Assembly (NCBI GenBank): GCA_965261395.1
Contig: OZ253462.1
Span: 3,744,001 to 3,808,000, forward strand
DNA from: Candidatus Latescibacterota bacterium
Lineage (GTDB): Bacteria; Latescibacterota; UBA2968; UBA8231
Length of the DNA stretch: 64,000 bases
Direction of reading: 5' to 3'
The notes below the pieces were generated by a model that worked only from the letters and a program-made list of their open reading frames with translations, was not told the DNA's origin and searched no databases. The position numbers and the translations under genes were made by a program. Below are positions 39,068 through 49,717 of the stretch, in pieces (position 1 is the stretch's first letter; each line of letters begins with the position of its first letter).

Positions 39068-39829
39068 TCAGACATCGCAGACTTCAAAGGCGTGAGCTAG
39101 CGAGTCAACGGGATCGCCCTTGGGCCGGTACTCGTGGCCGACGTAGCCCGCGTAGGAAGTGGCGGCGATGGCCTGCATGATCGGCGGGTAGTAAATCTCC
39201 TGCTGGTCGTCGAGATCCTGGCGACCAGGGTTGCCGGCAGTGTGGAAGTGGCCGATGCAGTCGATGTGGTCGGTGATGTTGCGGATGAGATCGCCTTCCA
39301 TGATCTGCATGTGGTAAATGTCGTAGAGCAGCTTGAAGCGGGGCGAGCCGACGGCCCGACAGAGGGCCGCGCCCCAAGCGGTGCGGTCGCACTGGTAGTC
39401 GGGATGGTTGACGCGCGAGTTGAGCAATTCCATGCAGAGGGTAATGCCTTTTTCCTCGGCGGCCCCGGTGACGCGGCGCAGGCCAGCGACGCAGTTGGCG
39501 AGCCCCTCTTCTGAGGAGCGCCCCTCGCAGTTGCCGGAAAAGCAAATCAGCGAGGGAATGCCGTGCTCAACGGCGAGGTCGATGTTGGCGAGGAGCTCGT
39601 CTTCGATGCGGTCGTGGTTTTCGGGCTTGTTGAGGCCGTCGGGCAGGGAGGCGTGGCCGGAGACAATGGCGATGGCGAGGCCGTGGTCTTGGATGAGCGG
39701 CCAGTGTTCCTGAGCGGCCATTTCTACGGATTGGTAGCCGATGCGGGCGGCGGCAGCGCCCAATTCTTGCGGACTGAGGCCGCTGCCGGTGAAGGGATTG
39801 AAGCAGACGGATTGCTTGATGGCAGGCAT
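39068..39829 (-). CDS. Hydroxypyruvate isomerase family TIM-barrel protein
   Basis: MELLNS, LLYDIYHMQIMEGD, HFHTAGNPGR. Confidence 0.88.
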   Translation of the reverse strand: MPAIKQSVCFNPFTGSGLSPQELGAAAARIGYQSVEMAAQEHWPLIQDHGLAIAIVSGHASLPDGLNKPENHDRIEDELLANIDLAVEHGIPSLICFSGNCEGRSSEEGLANCVAGLRRVTGAAEEKGITLCMELLNSRVNHPDYQCDRTAWGAALCRAVGSPRFKLLYDIYHMQIMEGDLIRNITDHIDCIGHFHTAGNPGRQDLDDQQEIYYPPIMQAIAATSYAGYVGHEYRPKGDPVDSLAHAFEVCDV

Positions 39830-39833
39830 AAAG

Positions 39834-41321
39834 CTAGGCTCCTGTGCCGAACATTTCGGCGACTGGGGTAAAAGGGGCATCGAGTTCGAGCGGGTACATG
39901 GGCCGCTGGCAGACGCCGTGCCCGAGGGTGGGCAAGTTTGCGCTGGTCGAGCCGAGGGCATCGATGTTGAAGTTTATATCGGCCCATTCGTCGAAAAAGT
40001 GCCATTGGCAGTGCGGCGACTTGATGACGATGAGGTCGTAGTCCTTGGGGTTGATGTCGTGGGCGATAAAGACCGAGCGATCGATAAAGGGCACTGAGCG
40101 GCTGACGCAGACGATGGTGAGATTGTCGCTTTGCAGCACGGCTGTAGGCCCGGCGTGTTGGGGCGTGTTCCAAGATTCGCAGAGATATTCGCCGTCGCCG
40201 AGTTGGGTGACTTCGACCTCTAGGTCGAGCGGGGCAAAGCGCGAGTCGAGCGAGCCGCCCAAAACCACGTGGATGCGCGCGCCTAGCCCGGCGTCGTGGG
40301 CCATGTACGCGGCAGGCGCATCCACTAGTGGCGCGAGCACTTGGCCGGAGTAGCCGCTGGCGTGCAGGGCTTGGAGCAGCACGTTGCTGTCGCCGGTCGC
40401 GCCCGAGGAGGGGGCATCGGCCGCGTCGGTAAAGAGCACCGGACCGCTGTATTGGGCGGCTTGGGCGACGGCGTCTTCGACCGACACGAGGTCGGGCTGC
40501 ATGAGTGCGCGGCGTTCCCAAAAGTCGGCGGCGAGTTGTAGGGCCTCACTGCGGGCAAGGTCGGGGTCGGCATCGGCCACGACGATGGCTTGGGAGCACA
40601 GCTCAGGCACATCGGTGAACGGGTTACCGATCATCATGCCGGCGGCGAGAATGTCGGGCTGTTCCTCTAGGGCTTGGCAGTAGCGGATGGACTCGCCGTA
40701 CACGCCGGAGGCGGTGATTAGCTCATTGCCGCGCACGAGCGCGGGCACCTGCACGCGGGCCACCACGGGCTGCGCGCCGGCGAGGACTTGCAGAAGCAAG
40801 TACGCGGCGCGGCGGCCGGTGTCGGCAAGATCAACGTGCGGATAGGTGTGATAAATGGCGAGGCCGTTCGAATGCTCCAGCATGCGGTGGGTGAGGATGC
40901 CGTGGAGGTCTTGCGAGATCACGATGGGGAAGTCCGGGCCAGCGCTTTGGCGGATCTCTTGCAGCAAGTAGCCCTCCGGGTCGAGTTCCTCGGTGCAGCC
41001 CATTGCGCCGTGCAGGCAGAAGTACATGCCGTCGGCCTCGGCTAGATGCGGCGTGACCTCGGCTAGCAGCTCGGCGGCAAGGCGCTCGAAATCCTGTTGG
41101 TCTAAAGGCCCGGCCGAGGGGGCGACGGCCCCGTACGTGGGGATGACTTCAACGTGGCTGTCGGCGAAGACCTGCAAGGCACCGCACAGCTCGGTCTCGC
41201 GGCCTTGGTGATAGGTGAGCAACTCGGAGCCACGGCGGACAGAGAAGTTGTCGTACGCGCCGATGACCGGGTTGAAGGAGGAGATTTCTTGCTTGCACTC
41301 GGCGACGAGGATGCGGGACAT
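39834..41321 (-). CDS. MlrC/M81 metallopeptidase
   Basis: QEISSF, LHGAM, DPEG, DLHG, TYPHVD. Confidence 0.88.
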   Translation of the reverse strand: MSRILVAECKQEISSFNPVIGAYDNFSVRRGSELLTYHQGRETELCGALQVFADSHVEVIPTYGAVAPSAGPLDQQDFERLAAELLAEVTPHLAEADGMYFCLHGAMGCTEELDPEGYLLQEIRQSAGPDFPIVISQDLHGILTHRMLEHSNGLAIYHTYPHVDLADTGRRAAYLLLQVLAGAQPVVARVQVPALVRGNELITASGVYGESIRYCQALEEQPDILAAGMMIGNPFTDVPELCSQAIVVADADPDLARSEALQLAADFWERRALMQPDLVSVEDAVAQAAQYSGPVLFTDAADAPSSGATGDSNVLLQALHASGYSGQVLAPLVDAPAAYMAHDAGLGARIHVVLGGSLDSRFAPLDLEVEVTQLGDGEYLCESWNTPQHAGPTAVLQSDNLTIVCVSRSVPFIDRSVFIAHDINPKDYDLIVIKSPHCQWHFFDEWADINFNIDALGSTSANLPTLGHGVCQRPMYPLELDAPFTPVAEMFGTGA

Positions 41322-41335
41322 GGGCGTCCGTTCGG

Positions 41336-42715
41336 TTAGGTTTTGCGCGGGCGAATGTGGGGGCCTTGGGGGGTGTCTTCGATTTCGTAGCCGGCCGCGG
41401 CGATTTCGTCGCGCAGGGCGTCGGCCGTGGCCCAGTCCTTGGCAGTGCGGGCCTGTTGCCGCTGTTCGGCGAGCGCCTCGATTGCGGCGGGAACCTCCTC
41501 TGTGGGAGGCGTCCACGTAGCCAGCCCTAAGCCCATGACTTGGTCGAAGTGCAGGAGCGTGGCTTTCTTGGCGGCGGCTGGCAGATCGTCGGCCACCAGT
41601 TCCCAGCACAGGGCGAGGACGCGCGGCATGTTGAGGTCGTCCTCGACGCGCTCTTTGAACTCGGCCACGTAGCGGGCATCGAGTTCAGACGGCGCACCCC
41701 AAGCGTGGGCGGCGGCGCGCAGCCGGTCGAAGGCCGTAGCCGCGCCGCTGAGACTTTCCCAAGTGAAGGAGAGCTTGGCTCGGTAGCGCGCCCCGAGGCA
41801 GAAAAAGCGGTAGGCGAGCGGGTCGTACCCCTTTTCGACGAGGGATTCGAGGCGCAGGAAGTCGCCGCTCGACTTGGACATCTTCTCCCCGTCGAGCTGC
41901 AAGAACGCGCCGTGGAGCCAGAATTCGGCCAGCCGCGTGTCGTAGCAGGCTTGGGCTTGGGCGATCTCGTTGGTGTGGTGGACCGGGACGTGATCCTCGC
42001 CGCCGCAGTGGATGTCGAAGTACGGCCCCAAGTACTTGGCCGCCATGGCCGTGCATTCGATGTGCCAGCCGGGGAAGCCGCGCCCCCACGGGCTGTCCCA
42101 TTCCATCTGCCGCTGTGCCTCTGCCGGGCTTAACTTCCACAGCGCGAAGTCCGTGAGGCGGCGCTTCTGCCCGAGATCGACGCGCTGGCCGCCTTGCAGG
42201 CCTTTGATGTCGAGGCGGGCGAGGTGGCCGTAGTCGTTCAGGCGCGAGGTGTCGAAGTACAGGCCGTCGTCCGTGCGGTACGCATAGCCTTTTTCCTCAA
42301 TGGCGGCGATAGCCGCAATCTGCTCGCGGATGTGGTCGGTGGCCCGGCACCAGACGTGGGGCGCGCGCACGTTGAGCCACTCGAGCTTTTCTTGGAAGTC
42401 TGCGGTGTAGCGCTCGGCGATTTCCCACGCCGTCAGGCCGGTGCGCCGCGCGCCGGCCTCCATCTTGTCCTCGCCGGTGTCCGCGTCAGAGGTCAGGTGT
42501 CCCACGTCGGTGATGTTGACGACGTGATGGACTTCATAGCCGCTGTATTCGAGGGCACGCCGCAGGATGTCTTCGAAGATATAGGTGCGCAAGTTGCCGA
42601 TGTGCTGGTAGTTGTACACGGTCGGGCCGCAGGCGTACAGGCGGACTTGGGGCGGTGCGAGCGGTGTAAAGGGGCGCTCTTGGCGGGCATAGGTATCAAA
42701 AAGATGCAGGGTCAT
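41336..42715 (-). CDS. cysS: Cysteine--tRNA ligase
   Basis: CGPTVY, HIGN, GFPGWHIEC, KMSKS. Confidence 0.98.
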   Translation of the reverse strand: MTLHLFDTYARQERPFTPLAPPQVRLYACGPTVYNYQHIGNLRTYIFEDILRRALEYSGYEVHHVVNITDVGHLTSDADTGEDKMEAGARRTGLTAWEIAERYTADFQEKLEWLNVRAPHVWCRATDHIREQIAAIAAIEEKGYAYRTDDGLYFDTSRLNDYGHLARLDIKGLQGGQRVDLGQKRRLTDFALWKLSPAEAQRQMEWDSPWGRGFPGWHIECTAMAAKYLGPYFDIHCGGEDHVPVHHTNEIAQAQACYDTRLAEFWLHGAFLQLDGEKMSKSSGDFLRLESLVEKGYDPLAYRFFCLGARYRAKLSFTWESLSGAATAFDRLRAAAHAWGAPSELDARYVAEFKERVEDDLNMPRVLALCWELVADDLPAAAKKATLLHFDQVMGLGLATWTPPTEEVPAAIEALAEQRQQARTAKDWATADALRDEIAAAGYEIEDTPQGPHIRPRKT

Positions 42716-42769
42716 AAGTCTATTAAAGAGGGGTTAGTGGCGAGATGTGGCAATGAAGAAAGAGCCAGT

Positions 42770-43777
42770 CTATAGCTCGGCGATGGATACTTCGCGGCCC
42801 TCCATTGCGCTTTTGACGGCCGCAAAAACCATGGCCATGGACTTGAGGTTGTCGGCTGCGTTGCACTCGGGCTGGCGGCTCTCGGCCACCGCAGCGATGA
42901 ACTCGCTCAGAACGGGATTTTGCCCTTCGGTATCCGTTTGGTCGAGCGAGATCTGCCGCCTGATTTTGGGATCGGCGCGGTGCGAGTGGGTGTGGTAGAG
43001 GTCCATGCCCTCCCACGTTAGGGTGCCGCGCGGCCCCTCGTAACGCCACTCGCCGTTGTGCCCGGCCGGTACGTGCCCGACGGTGCAGCCGATGCCGCGA
43101 TGGGTGGCCACTGTGCCGTCGGCAAAGCGGAAGAGGATTATCTGGGCGGCGTCGCCTTGGTGCCAACCCCAGGGGAGGTTCCAGGTGAGGGCGTGCGCGC
43201 TGACGGGGTCTTGGCCGAGGGTGTAGCGCATCATGTCGAAGTGGTGGATGCCCATGTCGGTGAGGAACATGTACGGCTCGGTGACGTAATGAGATCCGGG
43301 TGAGTCAGCCCAATTGACGTAGAGCGAAACATCGAGCTGGCCGACCGGGCCGATGAGGTCTTCGGTGAGCAGGCGGCGAGTCGTGCGCGGCAGGCCGTTG
43401 AATCGGTAGTTCTGGGTGATCATGTGCGCGACGCTGGCTCGGGTGCCGGCCTTCACCACGCGCTGGGCAGCCTCGTACTGATCGCTGAGGGGCTTTTCCC
43501 CGAGCAAGTGTAGGCCCGCGGCAAAAGTCTGCATGGCGATTTCTTCGTGGGTGGCTGGCGGCGTCACGTCGAGGACGAAGTCGGCTTGCACAGCGTCGAG
43601 GGCTTGGCCGAGGTTGTCGTGTATCCGGTCAGTGGCGAAGCCGAGGTCGTCTATAGCGCGCTGGCGGTTTTGCGCGAAGGGTTCGACGCAGGCGACCACA
43701 TCGACGCTCGGTTGCTTCTGGCATTGGCCGAGCCAATAGCGGCCCCTGCCGCCCAACCCTACAAGTATGGCTTTCAT
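42770..43777 (-). CDS. Gfo/Idh/MocA oxidoreductase
   Basis: VGLGGRG, EKP, DMGIHHFD. Confidence 0.9.
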   Translation of the reverse strand: MKAILVGLGGRGRYWLGQCQKQPSVDVVACVEPFAQNRQRAIDDLGFATDRIHDNLGQALDAVQADFVLDVTPPATHEEIAMQTFAAGLHLLGEKPLSDQYEAAQRVVKAGTRASVAHMITQNYRFNGLPRTTRRLLTEDLIGPVGQLDVSLYVNWADSPGSHYVTEPYMFLTDMGIHHFDMMRYTLGQDPVSAHALTWNLPWGWHQGDAAQIILFRFADGTVATHRGIGCTVGHVPAGHNGEWRYEGPRGTLTWEGMDLYHTHSHRADPKIRRQISLDQTDTEGQNPVLSEFIAAVAESRQPECNAADNLKSMAMVFAAVKSAMEGREVSIAEL

Positions 43778-43942
43778 CGGAGTCCTTTCTCTATTTTTGT
43801 CTAAAATAAAGGGCTTGGCCTGCGGCCGGGCCAGTCGGCAGAAAAAATTGACACAGTTTCAGCGCAGGGCTACCTTTGGACGCTTTCAACGCGCAATGCC
43901 ATAGCGCACCGCTCGTCCCCTTGCCGCTGAGGTACGCTTCTT

Positions 43943-45109
43943 TTGGCTATACTGCATAAGGCGTCCACGCGCCTCGTCCTCGCGATTCTCGCGTGGTGCT
44001 TGAGTTGGAGCTGCGCCCGGGAAAACACCGAGGAGCTAGCGCCCGGGGTGGTGTACCACGAGATCCACCTGCCCGAGGGGCCGTGGCGGATACACGTGGT
44101 GGAAGTGGATCTGCCGCGCGCTTGGGCGGCGGGTATCCGCGTACGCACGGCCAAGCAGAAAGAGGCGCAAAAGACCAGTAGCTTGGCCGCCGGCGCTTTA
44201 GCGGCCATAAACGGGGACTTCTTATTTCCCGGTGAGTCCAGCCAGCCAGCCGGGTTGTACATCGAGTCCGGCAATCTCATCCGCATCCCACAGCGACGCT
44301 CGGCCTTTGCCATTACCGAGGCGGGCCAGCCCTTGATTGCAGTATACAAGATGGAATGGGGCCTGTTGACGGCTGAGGGCGAGCACCTGCTCGTCGCGGG
44401 CTTTAACCGCGAGCCAGCGCTAGGGGAACTGTCCGTATTCAATAATCGCGCGCAGGGGCAAGGAGATTCGCTACAAGCAGCCACGGGCTTTTTGTTGCAA
44501 GGGCTGGGCAACACCTCCATTGCCAACGACACGATTTCCTTTCGGGTTCAACAAATCCGGCGGGAGGCTTGGCCGCTGTCTCTCCAGCGCGACCAATGGC
44601 TGTTGGCCGCTGGCGCTGAATACGAGGCGACGGAACAGATCGCCTTGGGCGACACGGTGCAGCTGTATTGTCGGCTGGCACCTGCCCACGCCAAGCTAAT
44701 GGAGGCCATCAGTGGCGGCCCGCGCATCCTGCGCAACGGCGCAGTATCCATTGAAGTAGAAAATGAACGGCTCAGCCGCAGCTTTGCCGACAAGCGACAC
44801 CCGCGCACGGCTATTGGGTATTCCCAAAACGCGCAGGTGCTCTTTCTGATTGTGGTTGATGGGCGGCAGCCAGGATACAGCGTTGGCATGAGCTTACAGG
44901 AAATGGCCGAATTTATGCGCACGCGCTTGGCCGAATTTTCCCGCGCCAAGGTCAACGCCTATCAGGGGTTAAACCTCGACGGCGGCGGCTCGACGACGAT
45001 GGTCGTAAGCGAGCAGGTGGTCAACAAGCCCTCCGATCCCACGGGCGAGCGGCCGGTGGCCAACGCCCTGTTGGTCGTGGCGGACACTTGGGACGAGGAG
45101 CGGCCCTAG
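43943..45109 (+). CDS. Phosphodiester glycosidase (NAGPA/DUF2233) family exported protein
   Basis: AINGDF, HPRTAIG, VDGRQ, NLDGGGST. Confidence 0.88.
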   Translation: MAILHKASTRLVLAILAWCLSWSCARENTEELAPGVVYHEIHLPEGPWRIHVVEVDLPRAWAAGIRVRTAKQKEAQKTSSLAAGALAAINGDFLFPGESSQPAGLYIESGNLIRIPQRRSAFAITEAGQPLIAVYKMEWGLLTAEGEHLLVAGFNREPALGELSVFNNRAQGQGDSLQAATGFLLQGLGNTSIANDTISFRVQQIRREAWPLSLQRDQWLLAAGAEYEATEQIALGDTVQLYCRLAPAHAKLMEAISGGPRILRNGAVSIEVENERLSRSFADKRHPRTAIGYSQNAQVLFLIVVDGRQPGYSVGMSLQEMAEFMRTRLAEFSRAKVNAYQGLNLDGGGSTTMVVSEQVVNKPSDPTGERPVANALLVVADTWDEERP

Positions 45110-46173
45110 TGCCGACCTTGCGCGCCGAAGACCTCGATGGGCTGGCAAGGGCTTGCTTGCGACAGGTCGGCGTTCCCCCGGCTGATGCCGCGTTGGTGGC
45201 CGAGCACTTGGTCGAAGCCGGGCTGATGGGGCACGATACCCACAGCGTGTTGCGGCTGCCCCAATACGTGAACATGGTGCGCGACGGCCAAGTCGAGCCT
45301 GGAGCCGCATTGGTGGTGTTGGACGAAAGCGAGTGCGGCGGGCGGCTGAGCGGCCAGTGGAATTACGGCCCGGTGACCGCGACCGAGGCCGTGCGCTGGG
45401 CGCTGGATAAGCTCGACGGCGGGGCCGTGGCGGTCGTCGGAGTGCGCGACTGCAACCACGTGGCGCGGCTGGGGCGTTTCGCCGAAATCGCTACCCGCGC
45501 CGATTGCATCGCCCTGATCGCAGCCAATGGCCACGGCGGCGATTGGTCGGTGGCTCCCTTTGGCGGTCGCAGCCGTCGCCTGCCGACGAATCCAATTTGC
45601 TGCGGCATTCCCACCGGCGGCGATTGGCCCGTGATCCTAGACATGACGACGAGCATGATTTCTGGCGGGGATATGCGGCTTTTGCGCAACAGGGGTGAGG
45701 ACGCTCCACCCGGAATGCTAATCGACGCAGAGGGCCGCCCGACGACGAGCGTGGACGCGTACTACGGCCCGCCAACTGGCGCCATGTTGCCGCTCGGTTT
45801 TCCGCAGAGCGGGCACAAGGGCTATGGGCTTTCCGTGCTCGTCGATATTTTGGCCGGGTCGCTTTCCGGAGTTGGGATGACGCAAGAAGCGCCCGCGCGC
45901 ACCGGTAACGCGCTTTTCATTGCCGTGCTCAAGGTCGCGGCTTTCCTGCCGTTGGACGAGTTTTACGCCGAGGTCGCGGGCTTTGTCGAGTGGGTCAAGT
46001 CGTGCCCGCCAGCCCCTGGAGTGGCCGAGGTGTTGCTGCCCGGGGAGCGGGCGCACCAGCGGTTGCAGGCGCGCCGGCGCGATGGGTTGTACGTAGATGA
46101 GACGGCTTGGACCGAGATAGGGGCTTTGGCGACCGGTTTGGGAGTGGAGCTGCCCATGCCGGTGGCCGCTTAA
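45109..46173 (+). CDS. Ldh_2 (malate/L-lactate-type) oxidoreductase
   Basis: GHDTHS, NHVARLG, TNPI, LDMTTS, HKGYGL, LPGE. Confidence 0.9.
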   Translation: MPTLRAEDLDGLARACLRQVGVPPADAALVAEHLVEAGLMGHDTHSVLRLPQYVNMVRDGQVEPGAALVVLDESECGGRLSGQWNYGPVTATEAVRWALDKLDGGAVAVVGVRDCNHVARLGRFAEIATRADCIALIAANGHGGDWSVAPFGGRSRRLPTNPICCGIPTGGDWPVILDMTTSMISGGDMRLLRNRGEDAPPGMLIDAEGRPTTSVDAYYGPPTGAMLPLGFPQSGHKGYGLSVLVDILAGSLSGVGMTQEAPARTGNALFIAVLKVAAFLPLDEFYAEVAGFVEWVKSCPPAPGVAEVLLPGERAHQRLQARRRDGLYVDETAWTEIGALATGLGVELPMPVAA

Positions 46174-46193
46174 AAATTAACAAGGAGTTTGCG

Positions 46194-47189
46194 ATGCTTC
46201 ACATTGGTATTGTCGGCATGGGTGGAATTGGCAACAACCATGCCCGCTGCTACGCTGCAAACGAAAACGCAAAGATCGTCGCCGTGTGCGATATGGTTAA
46301 AGAGCAAGCGGATAAAGCGGCCGAGTCCTACGGGGCGCAGGCCTTTTATTCGGTCGAGGAAATGGTCGCTAGCGGCCTGCGGCTCGACGCCTGTTCGGTG
46401 ACTACGGCTGGGGTGGAGAACGGGGGCGATCACTACGAGCCGACGATGGCGCTTTTACGGGCTGGCATTCCGGTGCTGGGCGAGAAGCCGATTTCCAATG
46501 AAATTCCCAAGGCGCGGGAGATGGTGGCCTTGGCCGAAGAAAAGCAATTGCCCTACGGGATCAACCTGAACCACCGCTTCACGCCCGCAGCCGCCAAGGC
46601 CAAGGAATGGCTGATCAATGGGCGGCTCGGCGAGCTACAGATAGTCAACATGACGATGTGGATCAACAATCCCAACGAGTCGAGCCCGTGGTTCCACATT
46701 CGCGCCCTGCATCCGCACTCGCTGGACGTGATGAGCTATTTCGCCGGAGGGGTGGATCGGGCACAGGCCTTTTTCAAGAAAGGCAAAGGGCGGCAGATCT
46801 GGTCCAATGTGCAGGCGAACCTGCTGTACGAGAATGGCGTCATCGGGCATTTGACCGGGTCGTACGACGCCGGGGGGAGCTACGGCTTGGAGACCTTGGA
46901 ATTAGTTGGTTCGGAGGGACGGATCATCATCAATGAAGCCTGCGAGAAGCTGACGTTTTACCCGCGCTTTTCGCGGGAAGTGGAAAGCTACGATCACCTC
47001 GGAGGCATGGGTGGCTTTGGGGATACCTTTCCGGCGCGCATCAACGCTTGGATCGACGACTTGCGCAACCAAGTCCCGCCTTCGCAGGTGGATGCCAAAG
47101 GAGCGGACGCCCTGCGGGTCCAGCTCGTAATTGAGTCGCTCATCGAAAGCTGGGAAACCGGGCAGGTGGTGAAGGTGCCGCAGCGGTAA
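46194..47189 (+). CDS. Gfo/Idh/MocA oxidoreductase
   Basis: IVGMGGIG, GEKPI, HSLD; AAGGAG ribosome-binding site. Confidence 0.9.
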   Translation: MLHIGIVGMGGIGNNHARCYAANENAKIVAVCDMVKEQADKAAESYGAQAFYSVEEMVASGLRLDACSVTTAGVENGGDHYEPTMALLRAGIPVLGEKPISNEIPKAREMVALAEEKQLPYGINLNHRFTPAAAKAKEWLINGRLGELQIVNMTMWINNPNESSPWFHIRALHPHSLDVMSYFAGGVDRAQAFFKKGKGRQIWSNVQANLLYENGVIGHLTGSYDAGGSYGLETLELVGSEGRIIINEACEKLTFYPRFSREVESYDHLGGMGGFGDTFPARINAWIDDLRNQVPPSQVDAKGADALRVQLVIESLIESWETGQVVKVPQR

Positions 47190-47247
47190 GCGCAAATGGC
47201 GGCTAAGGGGGTAGTTTATTATACTCAGGTCTGAGGAGATACTGAGG

Positions 47248-47952
47248 ATGAAGCACGCCAAGCAAAAGTCCGAACTCGGCCAATACCTGTATTCTATACT
47301 GACCGTCGTGGGTTTGTTTCTGGTTATTCGCACCAGTGTGGTGCAGGCCTTTTACATCCCTTCCAGTTCAATGGAAGATACGCTCTTGGTGGGCGATTAT
47401 CTGCTGGCCAACAAGTTTGTCTACGGCGTTCCGGTTGATGTGCCCCTGACGAGCATTTCCCTCTTCCGCCTGCCCACGCTCAGGGAACCGCAGCCGGGCG
47501 ACATCGTCATTTTCCGCTCTCTGCAGGACGAGGGGCGCGACTTGATCAAGCGCTGCGTCGCCGTCGGGGGACAGCAAGTGGAGATTGTCAACAAGGTGCT
47601 CTACGTCGATGGCGAGCCGGTGCAAGACCCGCCGTTGTCCAAGCACACCGACCGCACGTACTATCCGCGGGAGCTCAATCCCCGCGATAATTTCGGTCCA
47701 TATATCGTGCCCGAAGATCATTTCTTTATGATGGGCGACAACCGCGACAACAGCCACGACAGCCGTTACTTTCGCGCTGTGCCCAAGCGGTTGATCAAGG
47801 GCAAGGCCATGATCATCTATTGGTCGTGGGAGCCCGACACCCGCGGTCCGTACTACAGTGACTTGAGTTCGCTGCCCGCGGTGGTGGCCAGCTTTATTTG
47901 GCGCCTGCCTAGCCGAGTGCGCTACGGGCGACTCGGCGACGTTATTTACTAG
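47248..47952 (+). CDS. lepB: Signal peptidase I
   Basis: IPSSSM, IKR, GDNRDNSHDSR. Confidence 0.95.
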   Translation: MKHAKQKSELGQYLYSILTVVGLFLVIRTSVVQAFYIPSSSMEDTLLVGDYLLANKFVYGVPVDVPLTSISLFRLPTLREPQPGDIVIFRSLQDEGRDLIKRCVAVGGQQVEIVNKVLYVDGEPVQDPPLSKHTDRTYYPRELNPRDNFGPYIVPEDHFFMMGDNRDNSHDSRYFRAVPKRLIKGKAMIIYWSWEPDTRGPYYSDLSSLPAVVASFIWRLPSRVRYGRLGDVIY

Positions 47953-48014
47953 TACTTCTTCCCTTGCTGTCACGCCTAAAGGCGCGGTGAAGCGGCGAGG
48001 GAACGGATTGAAAC

Positions 48015-49709
48015 ATGAACCGCAGAGAATCACACGAATACGACCAGGACCAAGAGCCGGAAGAGCAGGCCGCCGAGCCATTGCGCTTGGTCGATCAGCT
48101 ACTCGCGCTAGCTCCAGACCGCGATCCGGCTCGGCCCCTGCTGTACCGCCTCCGGCGTCAGCTCATGGAGCGGGAGATTTCCTTTCAGGAGGCGCGTCGT
48201 GCCCTCGTGGAGATGGAAGCTGCCCTAGAGAAGGTGACGGCACCGGCCAACCGCGTCGGCATCTTTCTCGGCATGCCGAGCGAGGGGATTGCCACGGTCT
48301 TCGTCGGCAGCGCCGAGTACTATGCCAATATCGACCCGCGCGTCGATGCAGCTCAGCTCAAGGTCGGCTGTCGGGTGCTGGTAAACGAAGCCTACGCGGT
48401 CGTCGGCAATTTGGGGCACAGCCCCTCTGGGCCGGTGGCCAAGGTCGGCGATCTGCTCCCAGAGGGTCGGTTGCGGATCACCCAAGCGCACGGCACCCAA
48501 GAGGTGGTCGTGGAGCGCGCCGCGGAATTGGCTGACGAGGATTTGCAAATCGGCGACGAGGTGCGGATGGACCCGGCCTACAAGGTCGCGCTGGAAGTGT
48601 TGCAGTCCGCCGAGAGCAAGGAGTACTTCATCGAAGACGTCCTCCCGACTCCCTGGGAGAGCATCGGCGGCCAAGCCGAAGCAATCGAGGCCATCCGCGA
48701 CACCATTGAACTGCCCGCGTTGCACCCCCAGCTCTTCGAGCGCTTCGAGTACTCGACGCCCAAGGGCTTTCTGCTCTACGGCCCTCCGGGCTGCGGCAAG
48801 ACCCTCATCGGCAGGGCCACGGCGTACAACTTGGTGCAGCACATGCGCGAGGTCGAGGGATTGGAGCTGGAAGAGTACTTCATGCACATCAAGGGGCCGG
48901 AGATCCTCAACATGTGGCTCGGTGAGACCGAGCGCATGGTGCGCGAGGTCTTTGCCCAAGCGCGCCAAAAGCGCAAGGAAGGCTATTTGCCCTTTGTCTT
49001 TATCGACGAAGCCGAGTCGATCTTGGGCACTCGGCGCTCGATGCGCAGCCACAACATCTCCAACACGGTCGTGCCGATGTTTTGCACTGAGATGGACGGC
49101 ATTGAGTCGCTGCACGATGTGGTGCTGATTTTGGCCTCCAACCGCCACGATCTGATTGATCCGGCCGTGCTCCGACCCGGCCGCATCGACCGCAAGATCA
49201 AGGTCGCGCGCCCCAACTACGAGGCGGCCGGCGACATTTTGGGGATTTACCTCAAGCCCGAGCTACCGCTCGACTGCGCCGAGGTGGAGCAGCACGGCGG
49301 CGCAGCGGCGGCGCGCGAGGCCCTGATACAGGAGGGTCTAGACGAGTTGTTTTCCAAAGGCGAAGAGGCCCGCTTCTTGGAGGTGTCGTTGCGCAGTGGC
49401 CGCCAAGAAGTGCTCTATCGCGGCGACCTGATTTCCGGGGCCATCATCGCCTCGGTCGTATCGCGGGCCAAGGAAATGGCGATCAAGCGCGCCATAGCCG
49501 AGGGCGACCCCGAAGGCGGGATCCGCGCCGAGGATCTGCGGCAGGCGACGCGGGCTGAATACCGCGAGAACGAGGTGTTCCCACCCTCGGACAGCGTCGA
49601 GGACTGGCTCAAGCTGCTCGACTACGAGCCGGAGAACGTGGTGAGGGTGATACCCGTTAGACCTCAGCCGGAAAAGGCAGCGGAAAAGCGCGTCGGTCAG
49701 GTGATCTGA
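48015..49709 (+). CDS. arc: Proteasome AAA ATPase (ARC/Mpa)
   Basis: Coiled coil, OB domains, GPPGCGKT, IKGPEILN, FIDEAE, LRPGRIDRKI. Confidence 0.93.
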   Translation: MNRRESHEYDQDQEPEEQAAEPLRLVDQLLALAPDRDPARPLLYRLRRQLMEREISFQEARRALVEMEAALEKVTAPANRVGIFLGMPSEGIATVFVGSAEYYANIDPRVDAAQLKVGCRVLVNEAYAVVGNLGHSPSGPVAKVGDLLPEGRLRITQAHGTQEVVVERAAELADEDLQIGDEVRMDPAYKVALEVLQSAESKEYFIEDVLPTPWESIGGQAEAIEAIRDTIELPALHPQLFERFEYSTPKGFLLYGPPGCGKTLIGRATAYNLVQHMREVEGLELEEYFMHIKGPEILNMWLGETERMVREVFAQARQKRKEGYLPFVFIDEAESILGTRRSMRSHNISNTVVPMFCTEMDGIESLHDVVLILASNRHDLIDPAVLRPGRIDRKIKVARPNYEAAGDILGIYLKPELPLDCAEVEQHGGAAAAREALIQEGLDELFSKGEEARFLEVSLRSGRQEVLYRGDLISGAIIASVVSRAKEMAIKRAIAEGDPEGGIRAEDLRQATRAEYRENEVFPPSDSVEDWLKLLDYEPENVVRVIPVRPQPEKAAEKRVGQVI

Positions 49710-49717
49710 CTCAGCTC

